DNA of 64,000 nucleotides. Origin: the human T2T-CHM13v2.0 reference genome, Homo sapiens. This document shows positions 28,907-41,110 of the stretch, piece by piece. How positions within the stretch are numbered: position 1 is the stretch's first letter; the number at the start of each line of letters is the position of its first letter. The stretch is from the NCBI RefSeq assembly GCF_009914755.1, contig NC_060928.1, one strand, 5' to 3'. The notes under the pieces are model-generated. The model saw only the letters and a list, made by a program, of their open reading frames with translations. It did not search any database and was not told where the DNA came from. The position numbers and the translations under genes are program-made.

Positions 28907-29289
28907 TGCTACTTGGTTTGAATGTTTGTATCCCTGCCAAAATTCATATTGAAACTTAATCATCAGTGCAACTGCATTAGTATTAAGAGGTGGACATTTA
29001 GGAGATGATTACGGCATAAGGCCACTGACCTAATGAATGGATTGATGACCTTATAAAAGGCCTAGAGGAAACTAGGTAGGTCCTTTTTGCTCTTAGGCCT
29101 TTTGCAATGTGAGGACACAGCAGGAGGTGCCATCTTGGAAACAGAGAGCAGCCCTCACCAGACACTGAATCTGCCAGCCCCTGACGATGGGCTTCTCAGC
29201 CTCCAGAACTGTGAGAAAATAAACTTCCATTCTTTATAAATTACCCCATCACAAGTATTTTGTTATAGCATCACAAACGGACTGAGATG
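28907..29289 (+). mobile_element. MSTD/MLT1A-like solo LTR
   Basis: TGCTACTTGGTTTGAATGTTTGTATCCC...TGTGAGGACACAGC...CAGCCTCCAGAACTGTGAGAAAATAAA...TTTGTTATAGCA. Confidence 0.9.
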
Positions 29290-29479
29290 GATGCTTATGA
29301 CATAATTGTTCATCATGAGAAATAAATATGAATTATAAATCAATGCATTGCTTTAGACACATTAATTCATAGTAGAAGATTCCTACTAAACTTGAAAGGT
29401 AAGAGTCCTACTAATGTGAGTTGGTGACTTCGGTAGAATTCAGTTCCTCATACAAGATCCCAATATGATTTGAAAAAGA

Positions 29480-29881
29480 GTACTACTTTAGGGTCATGGA
29501 TAAGACAGTATAGTGATCTACTCCAAAACTTAGTGACTTAAAACAAGAAATATTTATTATAGTTTTGAGAGTTAGCCAATGTCCACTGAATTAGCTGGGG
29601 CTGAATGTTTTATAGTTAACAGGCTGGTTAGTTTTGCAGAGGAGGGGACTCACTCACGTTTTTGAAAATTGCCCTGGTGTCTCTAGGGTGATGGTCACAT
29701 GTCTCTCTCTTTATTCAGCAGGTTACTGTCATGTTTGCTGATGTCCCATTAGCCAAAGCAAGTCACAGAGCAAATTCAATTTAAGAGAGCAGAAATAGAT
29801 TATATCCCTTGATTGAGGAGCCACACTTCAAAGGACCATGAATATAAGAAGAGGAATTAGAACAATTTATAAACTACCATA
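29480..29881 (-). mobile_element. MLT1 (F/G/H-like) LTR
   Basis: CCAAAACTTAGTGACTTAAAACAA...GTCCCATTAGCCAAAGCAAGTCAC. Confidence 0.7.
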
Positions 29882-29999
29882 GGTAGTCATATAAAAAGTA
29901 AAATAAATGTAAAATCAAACGACAAAAAAACTGACTGATAAAGGGATTTGGAAGCCAATAAATGGCCAGGCAAGGGGCTCATCAGTTTGTAGTTCCAAG

Positions 30000-30912
30000 T
30001 GACCTGTCTGGAACAGCCGCTGTGGGGATGCCAGCTGCAGCAGGGGAGGCATGCCTGGGGCTTCATGCTCTGCTGAGCCGGCAGGGGCCAGGAACAGGCA
30101 CCCCCTACCAAGTTAAAGGGACAGCTTCCTAGTAGCAGCTCTGGACCCAGCCATCCCTGAGCTCTCAGGGACCCAGGAAGCCACCACTGCCACTGCAGGC
30201 TCAGAAGTACCTGTTCCTGCTCCCTGACCTCTCCCTGCTCCTGGTGCCCACTCCAATTTTGGAGCAAAATTGAAGCCAAGCGTGGGCATTGTTGCAACCT
30301 GACTGGGTGTGCATGTGCTTGGGGTTGTGCTGACATCCCAGCCCCACTCCACCACCTTGACACTCTCTGAAACTTTGAACACTGACAAGCTCAGGGATGG
30401 AAGCCCAGGTTTGGGGGGCTGAAGGTAGCTTGGCACAGGTCTGCAGACCCCCCCCCCCCCACCAAGGCATGAAAACCCTGGGCACCATGAATGGCATGTT
30501 GAAGGCAGGAGGCAGACAGGTTCCCGGGCTGAAAGGGCCGGGTGTCCGGTTTAAACCCCACTTTCAAGGCAGGGATGGCCTGAAGCCTGTGGGTTGGGCT
30601 GCCAGTTCTGGATGGAGTCTGTGGCCTGGATTGAGAACTTATGGTCCTTTTGTTCAAGCCCTCCCATGGCTGCCCATGGACCAATTGGCATGCACTTCCA
30701 CCCTTCTGAGCCCATAAAAACCCCAGACTCAGCCATACTTGGACAGACGTTGGGATGACCTGCCTGCAGAAGGGAGCCACCCACTGCCAGTCTCCTCTCC
30801 ACTGAGAGCTGAACACTCATCAGGATGACCTGCCTGTGGAGAGAAGCTACCCACTTCAGGTCTCCTGAGAGCCATTCTGTCCCTCAATGAAGCTCCTGTC
30901 CACCTTACTCAC
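30000..30912 (+). mobile_element. MER52-family ERV1 LTR (5' portion)
   Basis: GC-rich; GCTGCCCATGGACCAATTGGCATGCACTTCC, CCCATAAAAACCCCAGACTCAGCC and repeated GGATGACCTGCCTG motifs. Confidence 0.85.
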
Positions 30913-31276
30913 TGTATTAGTTTGTTCTCACTCTGCCAATAAAGGCATACCTGAGACTGGGTAATTTATAAAAGAAAGGAGGTTTAATGGACTCACACTT
31001 CCACATGGCTGCGGAGGGCTCACAATCATGGTAGAAGGTGAAAGGCATATCTTATGTGGTAGCAGACAAGAGACAATGCAAGAGCCAAGCAAAAAGGGAA
31101 ACTCCTTATAAAATCATCAGATCTCATGAGACTTATTCACTACCATGAGAACAGTATGGGGGAAACTGCCCCCATGATTCAATTATTTCCCACTGGGTCC
31201 CTCCCACAACACATGAGAATTATGAGAGCTACAATGCAAGATGAGATTTGGGTAGAGACACAGCCAAACCATATCA
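30913..31276 (-). mobile_element. THE1B/C-like LTR inserted in MER52
   Basis: TGTATTAGTTTGTTCTCAC...CAGCCAAACCATATCA. Confidence 0.95.
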
Positions 31277-31785
31277 TCCCATCCCAGCCCCTCCCAAATC
31301 TCATGTGCTCACATTTCAAAACCAATCATGCCTTTCCAACAGTTCCCCTAAAGTCTTAACTCATTTCAGCATTAACTAAAAAGTCCACAGTCCAAACTCT
31401 TATCTGAGACAAGGCAAGTCCCTTCTGCCTATGAGCCTGTAAAATCAAAAGCAAATTAGTTACTTACTAGATATAATGGGGGTAGAGGCAGTAGATAAGT
31501 ACAGCCATTCCAAATGGAAGAAATTGGCCAAAATGAAGGGGCTACAACCACCATGCAGGCCCAAAATTCAATCGGGTAGTCATTAAACCTTAAAGCTCCT
31601 TTGCCTCCATGTCTCACATCCAGGTTACACTGATGCAAGAGGTGGGTTGTCATGGTCTTGGGCAGCTCCACCCCTGTGACTTTGCAGGGCACAGCCCTTT
31701 ATGAGCTGGCATTGAGCATCTGCAGCTTTTCCAGGTGCATGGTGCAAGCCATCAGTGGACCTACCATTCTGTGGTCTGGAGGACA
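31277..31785 (-). mobile_element. Truncated THE1 internal segment
   Basis: Colinear with 4358-4890 of the first THE1 copy, with small deletions. Confidence 0.9.
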
Positions 31786-31818
31786 ACACTGTGGAGCTGT
31801 AACACAAACAGGGCTGAA

Positions 31819-31952
31819 GGGGGATGGTGCTAAAATATTCGTAAGAAATCTGGCCCCATGGTTCAGTCACCTCCCACTAGGCCCCACCTCCAACATTAGG
31901 GATTACAATTTGACAGGAGATTTGGGCAAGGACACAGATCCCAACCATATCA
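31819..31952 (-). mobile_element. MSTA-like LTR fragment
   Basis: GGGGATGGTGCTAAA...CACCTCCCACTAGGCCCCACCTCCAACA...CCATATCA. Confidence 0.85.
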
Positions 31953-34632
31953 ACCAAAGTCCAACAGTCATTTCTGCTTGATATCTACCTCAAATTGTGC
32001 TCTCTACCTTAAAATGGTTGTCCTGATAGATTCTACTTCTTATTCGATTTAGGAGGAATTATATAAATTCCTCTGCATGCACAGATCAGACTCTCCTAAA
32101 TTGTTCTGTGATTAATTGTTCAATCCAATTGCAGTTATAATCACTAGCTCATGTGACCCTGCCCTGCAATTTTCAAAATAAAAATAAAATTAATTAGACA
32201 AATAAAGAGATTTGTACAAATTACCAAAATAACAATGCAAAAACTCTTACTCATTTTTCTTAAGATTATCTTATATTTAAAGACAAATATTAGAAATGAG
32301 GTAGAGTTGGTATAATAATATCATTAGCTTGGAACTATAAAATATTTCCTTTCAACTATAACCCCTCATCTTAATTTATAATTTAAAAATATACTGTACA
32401 CTATTGTTGATATGTATATGCATTCAAATTATACATGCAAAATGTACATACATCTCTATATCTATCTGCTCATCTGTTGACAAGGGACATGGGAGAGAGA
32501 GGAGGAAGAGAGCGAGTTTCTCTTGTATGTTATGGGTTTTTATTTGAATGTAAAAAATATGACAAATTACGTTCTTTAAATAATTGAAATTCTATCTCCA
32601 GTAATTTTTTTTGTGAGATTATATAGCAATATCCTTTGAATTGCCTACAAACTAACACTAGCTAACCATCTTACCTTTTCTTTTTCTATTTTTCTACTGT
32701 AATTTCATACGTATTGAAAATATGAGCAACATCTCTAGGTTTTCCCCTTACTCCATTCACCCATGACTCTCTACATCTTTTTCTTTCTCTTCCTGAAGCA
32801 ATTTCACCAGTCTACATATATGTTAATGTTTCAGGAATTATTGCTTTATGTATTAATTCCTTTTATAGTTTATGGACTTGACTATATTCCTATAGGAAAA
32901 TCATACTTAATTTTCTGTTATTCATCAGTCTAGCAATATGAAACAAAAACATTTAAAATATATTAACATAGTCATAAATATTAGCAGAGGAAACTCAATC
33001 TAACAATGTGAACTCAATCTAAAAATAACAGAGAAGACTGCTTCAGATACTTTGCCATTTTATTCTTTTGTCATATGAAATATCTTGGATTACTTGATAC
33101 TTACTTTTTATAATAGTGATTGTGCTTTGAGTGTTTGAGACAATAAAGTAATTATTGGTAACTTTGAAACTGAGTTTTAAAACTCTATTTTGAAAATTAT
33201 ATACATATATAAAATCACATTCTAACCCCCTTCTTCCCCCTCACCTGTGAATCATTTTAGTTTTAATCCATGGGTCACCATTCTACCTCCTTTCAATTCG
33301 CTTGATTTATTCGACTTTCACTTTCATATTTTTAGGGAAAAAGTATTTTGTGTTATTGTTACATTTGTTTACCATAGTCACAGTGTGTTTCTTTTCTGAT
33401 AGTGTTCATTTGAATTATGTTCAACCTGCTCTTAGTAATCAAAAGGAAAATATAGTAACAAGTTACAAAATACCTTTGAATAAAATGTTGTACTCTCTGC
33501 AGTTGCAAAGTAGCCACTGAATTTATATACTAATGAGCAAAGTTGAGAGATTCTGTTCTTTAAATCTAATGTGTTCGTACATAGCATTTGGCTGCATAAT
33601 TTATGGCTGTGATGGCTTTATGTGCATTCTTCAATTTACAGATTTTATTACTGAATAGGGGTGTAAATTCCAATAGTTTACTAGTGCATTAAAATCACAA
33701 TACATTACAAGGTAATTAACTAGAGCTGCCACTATAAATAGAAAAATAGTCACAGCCTTCACTATAAACGACTTAATAAAAATAAGGTTCTGAATCAGCA
33801 TTCAGCATTATAGTAATTCCTCTTGCCATACGTCTCATTAATCAGGACTTTTTTAAAAAGCTTCTTCTCAAAGCACTATTATTTTTAAAACTTTCATTAT
33901 TAAAACAAGTTTGTTATAATTTTGTAGTTAATTTAATGGGATTGATTATATATTTCTGTACGCAAGTAAGATCTACATGCTTTTGAGGCATATTTCCCAG
34001 TTTTACTAAAGTGGAAATGAAAGAAATACTACTTCGGTGATTTTATGGCAGATTTGTAAATAAGTACATGAGAGTTCTTAGCAGGACTCATTAAAAGTTA
34101 GAGTTCTGAAGGTCATATGTCCCCACCAACTCTCCTTTCTCCCAACCGTTATTTTGCCTCCTGACTACTCACATGCAAAATGCCCTACCCTAGAATCAAA
34201 TCTTAATATATTACAGACAGAGTCACTCAATGAAGGTGGTTGGGTGGGAATTTGTGTTAAAGGTAAATCAGAATCCTAAGCAGAGGCATATATTATTTGA
34301 GGTTTACATATACCAGTTGGGACACATCCTTCAGTTGAGACTTTGTTGTTTTTATTTTGTGTTTGTCTGTTTCATTGTTTTCCTGTACAGTTTGGTGACA
34401 GCCTTAGCAGTCCATTATAGAATCCATTATAGAAATTCTTCACAGCATCACTAACAATTGAAGTTAGACAAATTCCTGCCAATTACCAAAAAAAAAAAAA
34501 AAAAAGACATTAACTTCTAAAAAATGCCCTCCTAATGCCATACTAATGATGCTATTTTGAATATTTTCCTATATAAAAAATTGACAATTATTGAATATAT
34601 TCCACCTTCCAATATAGTGAACTACTTTTTAT

Positions 34633-34829
<197 letters not shown>

Positions 34830-36784
34830 ACTACTTTTTATAAATCTAGTGAATTTTGTTGGGTTTTTTTATAGGTAGTGTCTTAATAAGAAGTCTAATA
34901 TTGGATGCTAATTTATACATTTGCAAACTGTTGACAGTTATGATATATACTCTGAGACAAAGCTAATTTTTCACATTTGAAAAATTACAATTATTTTTAC
35001 CTTTTTTCCCTCAAATAAACCAAGTAATATAAATATGGTTCAACTGACACATAATCAATGAACTAGAGAAATGCCAGGCATTAAGTTTCATGTGCAAATT
35101 GAATTATATTCAGCAAATCCACTCACTGAAAATATTTTTTAAAGTTCAAAATAAGCAGGTGGTTCTGCCTAGTGCATCTATATTAGAAATAGGCTGTAGC
35201 CAAAGATTTACTATTACAAATTGGAAACATTAACACCTGCTATTATCTAGTTAAGTATAAAAACAGTCGAAATTAACTAAAATAAAATAGGAATGTCACA
35301 TCTGGCATTCTCCTTGAAGAGTCTGCAGGCCAGTTCTCTAATATTCTACGATGATGCTTTTCTAACTTATCTGATTAGCAGACATTACAGGGGGAGGGAA
35401 CATAAATTCCCTAGTTTTACCTACTCTTCTCCCAATAGAATACAAACGAAACTTGCATATAACGGAGTTCTTTGATTGCATTAAATTAAAACTCTTTTCC
35501 TGTGTTCCTATGCTTGTAAAGCCAAACATTTTTATTGTTATTTAGAGTACACTGTGAACACCTAGAAGATACAGGCAGAGAGTATAGCTTGTTAATATTA
35601 ACGGTAAAGACAATTCCCATTTATTAAGTATGTACCTTGTATCAAACACAGAAAAATATATTTCATACACATTGTCTCAATTAGTCTCACAAGGATCCTA
35701 TTACTTTTTTATTCAGACTTAATGATCATGATTATCATATCTCTAGGTTCCTGCATGATACCATAATACTTTATAATACTAATAGAATGTGTTGACTTTA
35801 ATTAAAATTATATTCTAAACTTAATGCTAAAATGTATTTGTTATTCAATATTGTCAGGAATAAGTATGAGGGTTTTGCAAACCTGTAACATACTTTCCAA
35901 TTATAGGTTTTTGTTTAAAAGTTAACATTTATAATTTGAAATAATTTAGCATACTCTTTCTGCCCCTTGTGGTCTATAATTCATATACTGAGAATAATTA
36001 TCCCAGAGAGTAGAATGATCTGGTAGTTTTTCATATTGGTTGTTAGTCAGTTTGTCCTGGTGGTCTCTAAAGGAGCCAATTGAGAAGGGAAAAAGAATTT
36101 GTTCAAATTCTCTTTCCATGCTGGCTGATGGAATGGTTATTCTTAGTATTCAAAGGGTGTTAAATAAAGGCTTGGTACTGTCATGCTCTGAACATTCTTC
36201 TTCAGGTTTGATGTGACTGGTTGCAGATCCAGTGATAATGATGCTCACGTTGAATACAGTGGCTCCCCGATGTTGATTCTCCCCTTGATCACTGTTCCAG
36301 AGAAGAGAAATCACTGTTCCAGAGAAAAGAAAGTCACCGGGATTAGTATGTCTCTAAGTAGCTATGATCAGGCTCAGTTCTCTCAACTTCACCTCTCCCC
36401 AAATCCCATGCGGAGATTCCTGTGTTCTCTCTTCTGAGGTTATTCACTGGCCCAGCTTCCCTAAGATTGCTACTATAGGTTCCAGGGCTTATTTCTCATT
36501 GTCTTACTTTGTTTTTAGTCTCTTTCAGAAAAGTGGTGGTATAGCTGTGTTTTTTTGTTCTGAAAAAATATGTTTAATGTCTAAATATCACAAGTTTTGA
36601 CAGAGGTATTGCTAGTCAGTAATGACAATGATAATAGCTAATATTTACTATGCAAATTAACTGTGAAATCATGTGTTTGATCTAATATAATTCATATGAC
36701 TCCCTCTCTTATAATTCCTTCCCGAAGAGAGCTAATCATACTATTCTTTAGGATTTTCCATAGATATCACCTTTTTGAGTGGTA

Positions 36785-36990
36785 TTAACATTTATTTGTT
36801 CCCAGCTCTATTCTAAGCACTTGACATGGATTATTATTTCATTAATCTCCCAAATATCATGAAATAGGTAGACAATTATTATTGTCTTTTTGTGAATGAG
36901 AAAACTGAGACATAGAGAAGTTGTTTAACTTTATAAAGGTAAGACAGATAATACTAAGCCTTGGAGCCAGGATTCAAACCTAGGTATTAA
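36785..36990 (-). mobile_element. MIR
   Basis: GAATGAGAAAACTGAGACATAGAGAAGTT...GGAGCCAGGATTCAAACCTAGG. Confidence 0.8.
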
Positions 36991-37077
36991 AAAAAATCTG
37001 CTATGGCAGTTTTTCATGTATATGAAAGGAACTACGACTTAGTGCCCAGTCCTATACACTGTACTAAGTAATCCATA

Positions 37078-37376
<299 letters not shown>

Positions 37377-38479
37377 TTAATGAAACATTATCAGCAAGGA
37401 GTGGGAGGATCTGACTATCCATAGTATAGTATTTTTAAGAAAATCTTTCATCATCTTATTTATTCATCTTAAGAATGCAATATGACACAAGTAGTTTGAA
37501 GACATATCTACTATTTACTCACCAAGTGACAAATAATTTTTTGTGTGCTTGTTGTTTTCTTTAAAACATCTTTGTTCTAGTGCCACCCTTTACCTTTTAC
37601 TGTTTTCATAAACATGTACGCTTCTCTCAGAAAACGTATCTAAAATCATACTGCAAAAAGAGGTCAGGCATTCTAATGATGTATTACAAATTGTATACAA
37701 GTTAATGTACTAAATCTTGTAAAATATTAAAATGTAATCTTTGATAAAATATCCTATTTTTTAATGTTTTCAATATTCTCTTCCCCAAAATGGTTAATGT
37801 TTATGTAATCACCAGAAAATAGTTTTATACCCGTATAGTAAAAATTAATTGTCTTACTGCCTGGAGCAGACAGCTGGCTGGTAGTTGTGTTGGCTGTTAC
37901 CACCAAAGCCTGAGGGGGTGAAGTAAGAGGTCTGCCTTGACCTCCAAATGTAACAGTCTGCTCAACCCCACCTGCTGCATATCCACAGCTGCAAGGTTCC
38001 AAATTATTTGGCATACTCAACATAACACATGCATATATGCACACACACACATGCCACTCTGGAGAATCTTCTTGAATATAACAATTCCTACTTGACAATA
38101 GATGTAGAAGATATGTATGATAAAAATTATATTCGGTAATCCTTGCATTTTAAATTTTACTTTTAGAGTTAATTGCCTGCATTTAAAGATCTTCTTTTTT
38201 GAGATCTTTTAGTAGGGGTTGGAATTGTTATACATACAACATCAGCCTACATAGTACCACTTGGAGAATGAGAATCTTTTCTCCTTAGCTGCTAAAAGGC
38301 ATATGCTTCTTAGCATCGACACTAAGAAGCACTTGGCTCTCTCAATGCCAAGAAGCACTTTTCTCTTTGCTAGTGATAGCTCTGGGTCCAGCAATTATTT
38401 CCATTTTTTAAGACTGCAGCAAAAAACAATATGCCTCGCTGTTAAATGTGGCATCAGAACATCCTAGGTGGAGTCAAAT

Positions 38480-38690
38480 GTAAGTACATAGCATGAATAC
38501 CAATGCCTGCATTTAATCCTGATATCCCACTTTGCTGAGTATATGGCCATGGACAAAACCATTGCCACAGTGCCTCAGATTTTCCAACAAATCTCCTTCC
38601 CAAGATTAAGTATCAAATATTGGTATGATATTATATGTGAAAATGCTTTATAACCTAAAGAATGCTATACAAATATTGGTTAATTTAATT
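38480..38690 (+). mobile_element. MIR (degenerate)
   Basis: TTAATCCTGATATCCCACTT...GTGCCTCAGATTT...ATATGTGAAAATGCTTTATAACCTAAAG. Confidence 0.55.
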
Positions 38691-39329
38691 TAGCAGCAAT
38701 ACTCTATTGCTCTAGTCAAAAGCTTAGTATATCTCACATATAGTAAGATCAAATAAAAAAGTTCTCAACAGAGTTTTCAATATTTTTATCCTCCTTAAAT
38801 CCTATTGGTTTAATTATGATACAATTTTAATTTTATATAAAAACATATTTGAGTTGTGAATGGCTATATACTAAAAATCTCAAATATATGTAAAATAATT
38901 TATTACAGTCTTATGTAAAACTACACATGAGTTTTTCTCTGTGTCCTTCCTAAGGGCTCCAACTGTCCTTCAGTATTCAACAAATATTTTTTATGCAGTT
39001 GCATCTTATGCATGGGTTAAATTCTGAAATTATAGGGTAAAGCTAACCAAAAAAAGATCTTGAAAAATTTCTTAAATTATTCATGACATGTGGTCCAATA
39101 GTGAGTTATTCCTTAATATCAGAAAATGTGAATTTAAAAATGTCATAAAATTGCTCTGGGGTGTCTAGATACCTATGTGATGAGGGGTGTAGGGAGACAC
39201 AGACAGCATTGAAGGAACCTGATCACTGCTCCTCAGTCCCTCTGGGCTGTGTGGTCACTGAGTAAAATGGCAAATAGAATCTTTTCTCAAACTCTTTTTA
39301 AATGCATACAGTTGAATTTAAATCAAATT

Positions 39330-40030
39330 AATTTTTGATGTGACGGTACAATAGTGAATGCCTAGGAGAGAAAAGATTTTTGCCCTCATGGACTTTACCT
39401 TGTAGTGGGAGATTTGGACAATAAAAAATTATTGATTAAACAGTCAAGATTATAAATTGATTATTATTATAGCCATAAAAGACATATAAGATGGTTAGTC
39501 AAAGGAAGCCACTCTAGGGAGGTGACCATTGAGCTGAAGCATGAAGAATGAAAGTGAGTTGGCCATTATTACAGTTGAATAGTGTGTTCAAAGGCCCTGA
39601 AGTAGGAAATTTATAGTATATTAACTAATTTACTCACTAAGCAAAACTAAGTAAGGCCTCCTATTTGCCAGGCATTTGTGGGATTGAGCAGTTTACAAAT
39701 CTGTCAAGATTTCTATTCTCATGGAGTACACATTCTAGACAAAGGAAAGTATAAATAAACAAAAAAGTAAACAAATAAATGGATAAGCTAATTTCTAGAA
39801 TATAATAAGAGGAGAGAGTAGGGATATAGGCAGAGGATGTAGGTGGGACCTAAATCATACCACAATCATGCAGGGTCTTGTAAGACGTGAAGGAAGTTAT
39901 GGTCTTATTTTAAAAGCTGTGAATAACTCTGAAGGGTTTTTACATAGAGTACTACATACTATGGTTTCAATTTTTAAAAATGACTGTAGCTACACGGTGG
40001 AGAATGACTTAGAGAGAGGTAAATCCAATC
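39330..40030 (-). mobile_element. L2 fragments
   Basis: TGCCCTCATGGACTTTACCTTGTAGTGGG, GGAGGTGACCATTGAGCTGA, CAAAGGCCCTGAAGTAGG and CTCATGGAGTACACATTCTAG. Confidence 0.65.
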
Positions 40031-40065
40031 ATATTGGTGTGGCCTTTCCTTAAAATTTTATTACA

Positions 40066-40224
40066 GGGTTGGGGGAGAGGGGAGGGATAGCATTAGGAGA
40101 TATACCTAATGTAAATGATGAGTTAATGGGTGCAGCACACCAACATGGCACATGTATACATATGTAACAAGCCTGCACGTTGTGCACATGTACCCTAGGA
40201 CTTAAAGTATAATAAAAAAAAAAA
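40066..40224 (+). mobile_element. L1PA (about PA3-PA6) 3' end, heavily 5'-truncated
   Basis: GGAGGGATAGCATTAGGAGATATACCTAATGTAAATG...ACTTAAAGTATAATAAAA; TSD-like TTATTACAG / TTACTACAG. Confidence 0.95.
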
Positions 40225-40859
40225 TTACTACAGAATTCCCTCCTGCCCCTTCTGTTCTCCGAAGATTCCGTTTCGTTCTTTCCCTTCCATTTCCCACACT
40301 AGTTATAGTCCCGTGGGCAAAATGGGTTCACTTTTCTGATCAGATGTAGCAGAATAGTTTAGAAACAGGCATATTCGAATTGCAGGACTAAATTCTGAGT
40401 CTCTAAGAGCAGCATCTCAAGGAACACATGCCTGGATTCCAATAAATACCCTGGGGTTAAAGCCTTTGCTAAGCATAAGAGCATTAACTGCTAACGGATA
40501 ACCAATGAAAAGACCGCATTTGCTGTGCCCACACAATCAGATTCTCATGCTGAATATTGATTCTGTTAAATCACGGATAGTGTTAGACTTTTGACTGGTG
40601 ATTGTGAATCTGTTAATCTATTGCCAAGGTTAGTCTGTATTGCTTCTAGTACTCAGTAGGGCTTCAGTGTGAACAACTGATGTGGGGCGAAGTGGGAAGA
40701 AAGACACTGACAAAAGAAATTATAGCCTAGGTTATAATCGATCTTTGTATACTAAACCTAGCAATTCCAAATATCCTACAGATAGTGGGAAACCACAAAG
40801 GACTTCAAGCATAGAAGGCATTAATGCAATTAGTTTGCATAGAAATATTGATTCCAGTG

Positions 40860-41110
40860 CTTAAGGTGGATTGAGAGCAAAGAGAATTAGTAGGATATTT
40901 CATAAAATGCTCTTGAGAGTGCAAACTAAAAGACAGTAGCAATGGAAATAAAGACATGGTGGATTCAGACACTGCAGTTAAAGCATAAATAGACCTCCTT
41001 GATTGTTTAGAATTGTTGGACATGTCAAGAGAGAAATTCCTTGATTTCTAATTTAGATAATTTGGGTGGATTTTGGTACTGTTCTGGAAGACAAGGGCAA
41101 TTCATGTTCA
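40860..41110 (-). mobile_element. L2 fragment
   Basis: GCAATGGAAATAAAGACATGGTGGATTCAGA...TGATTTCTAATTTAGATAATTTGGGTGGAT. Confidence 0.5.

Noticed and set aside
29887-30820. Longest ORFs in the window (up to 158 aa) and a GC-rich, island-like block
   Set aside because: They lie in the GC-rich MER52 LTR, where stop codons are rare. CpGs are depleted, so this is not a CpG island.
34488-34505. Isolated poly(A) run
   Set aside because: It has no flanking duplication, unlike 44695-44750, so it is treated as a simple homopolymer.
35961-35974. CTCF-like TGCCCCTTGTGG
   Set aside because: It is one base short in the core G-run and fits the consensus poorly.
39091-39112. TGGTCC...TAGTGAGTTAT resembling the Y1 RNA 5' end
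   Set aside because: There is no downstream Y RNA sequence, so it is consistent with chance.
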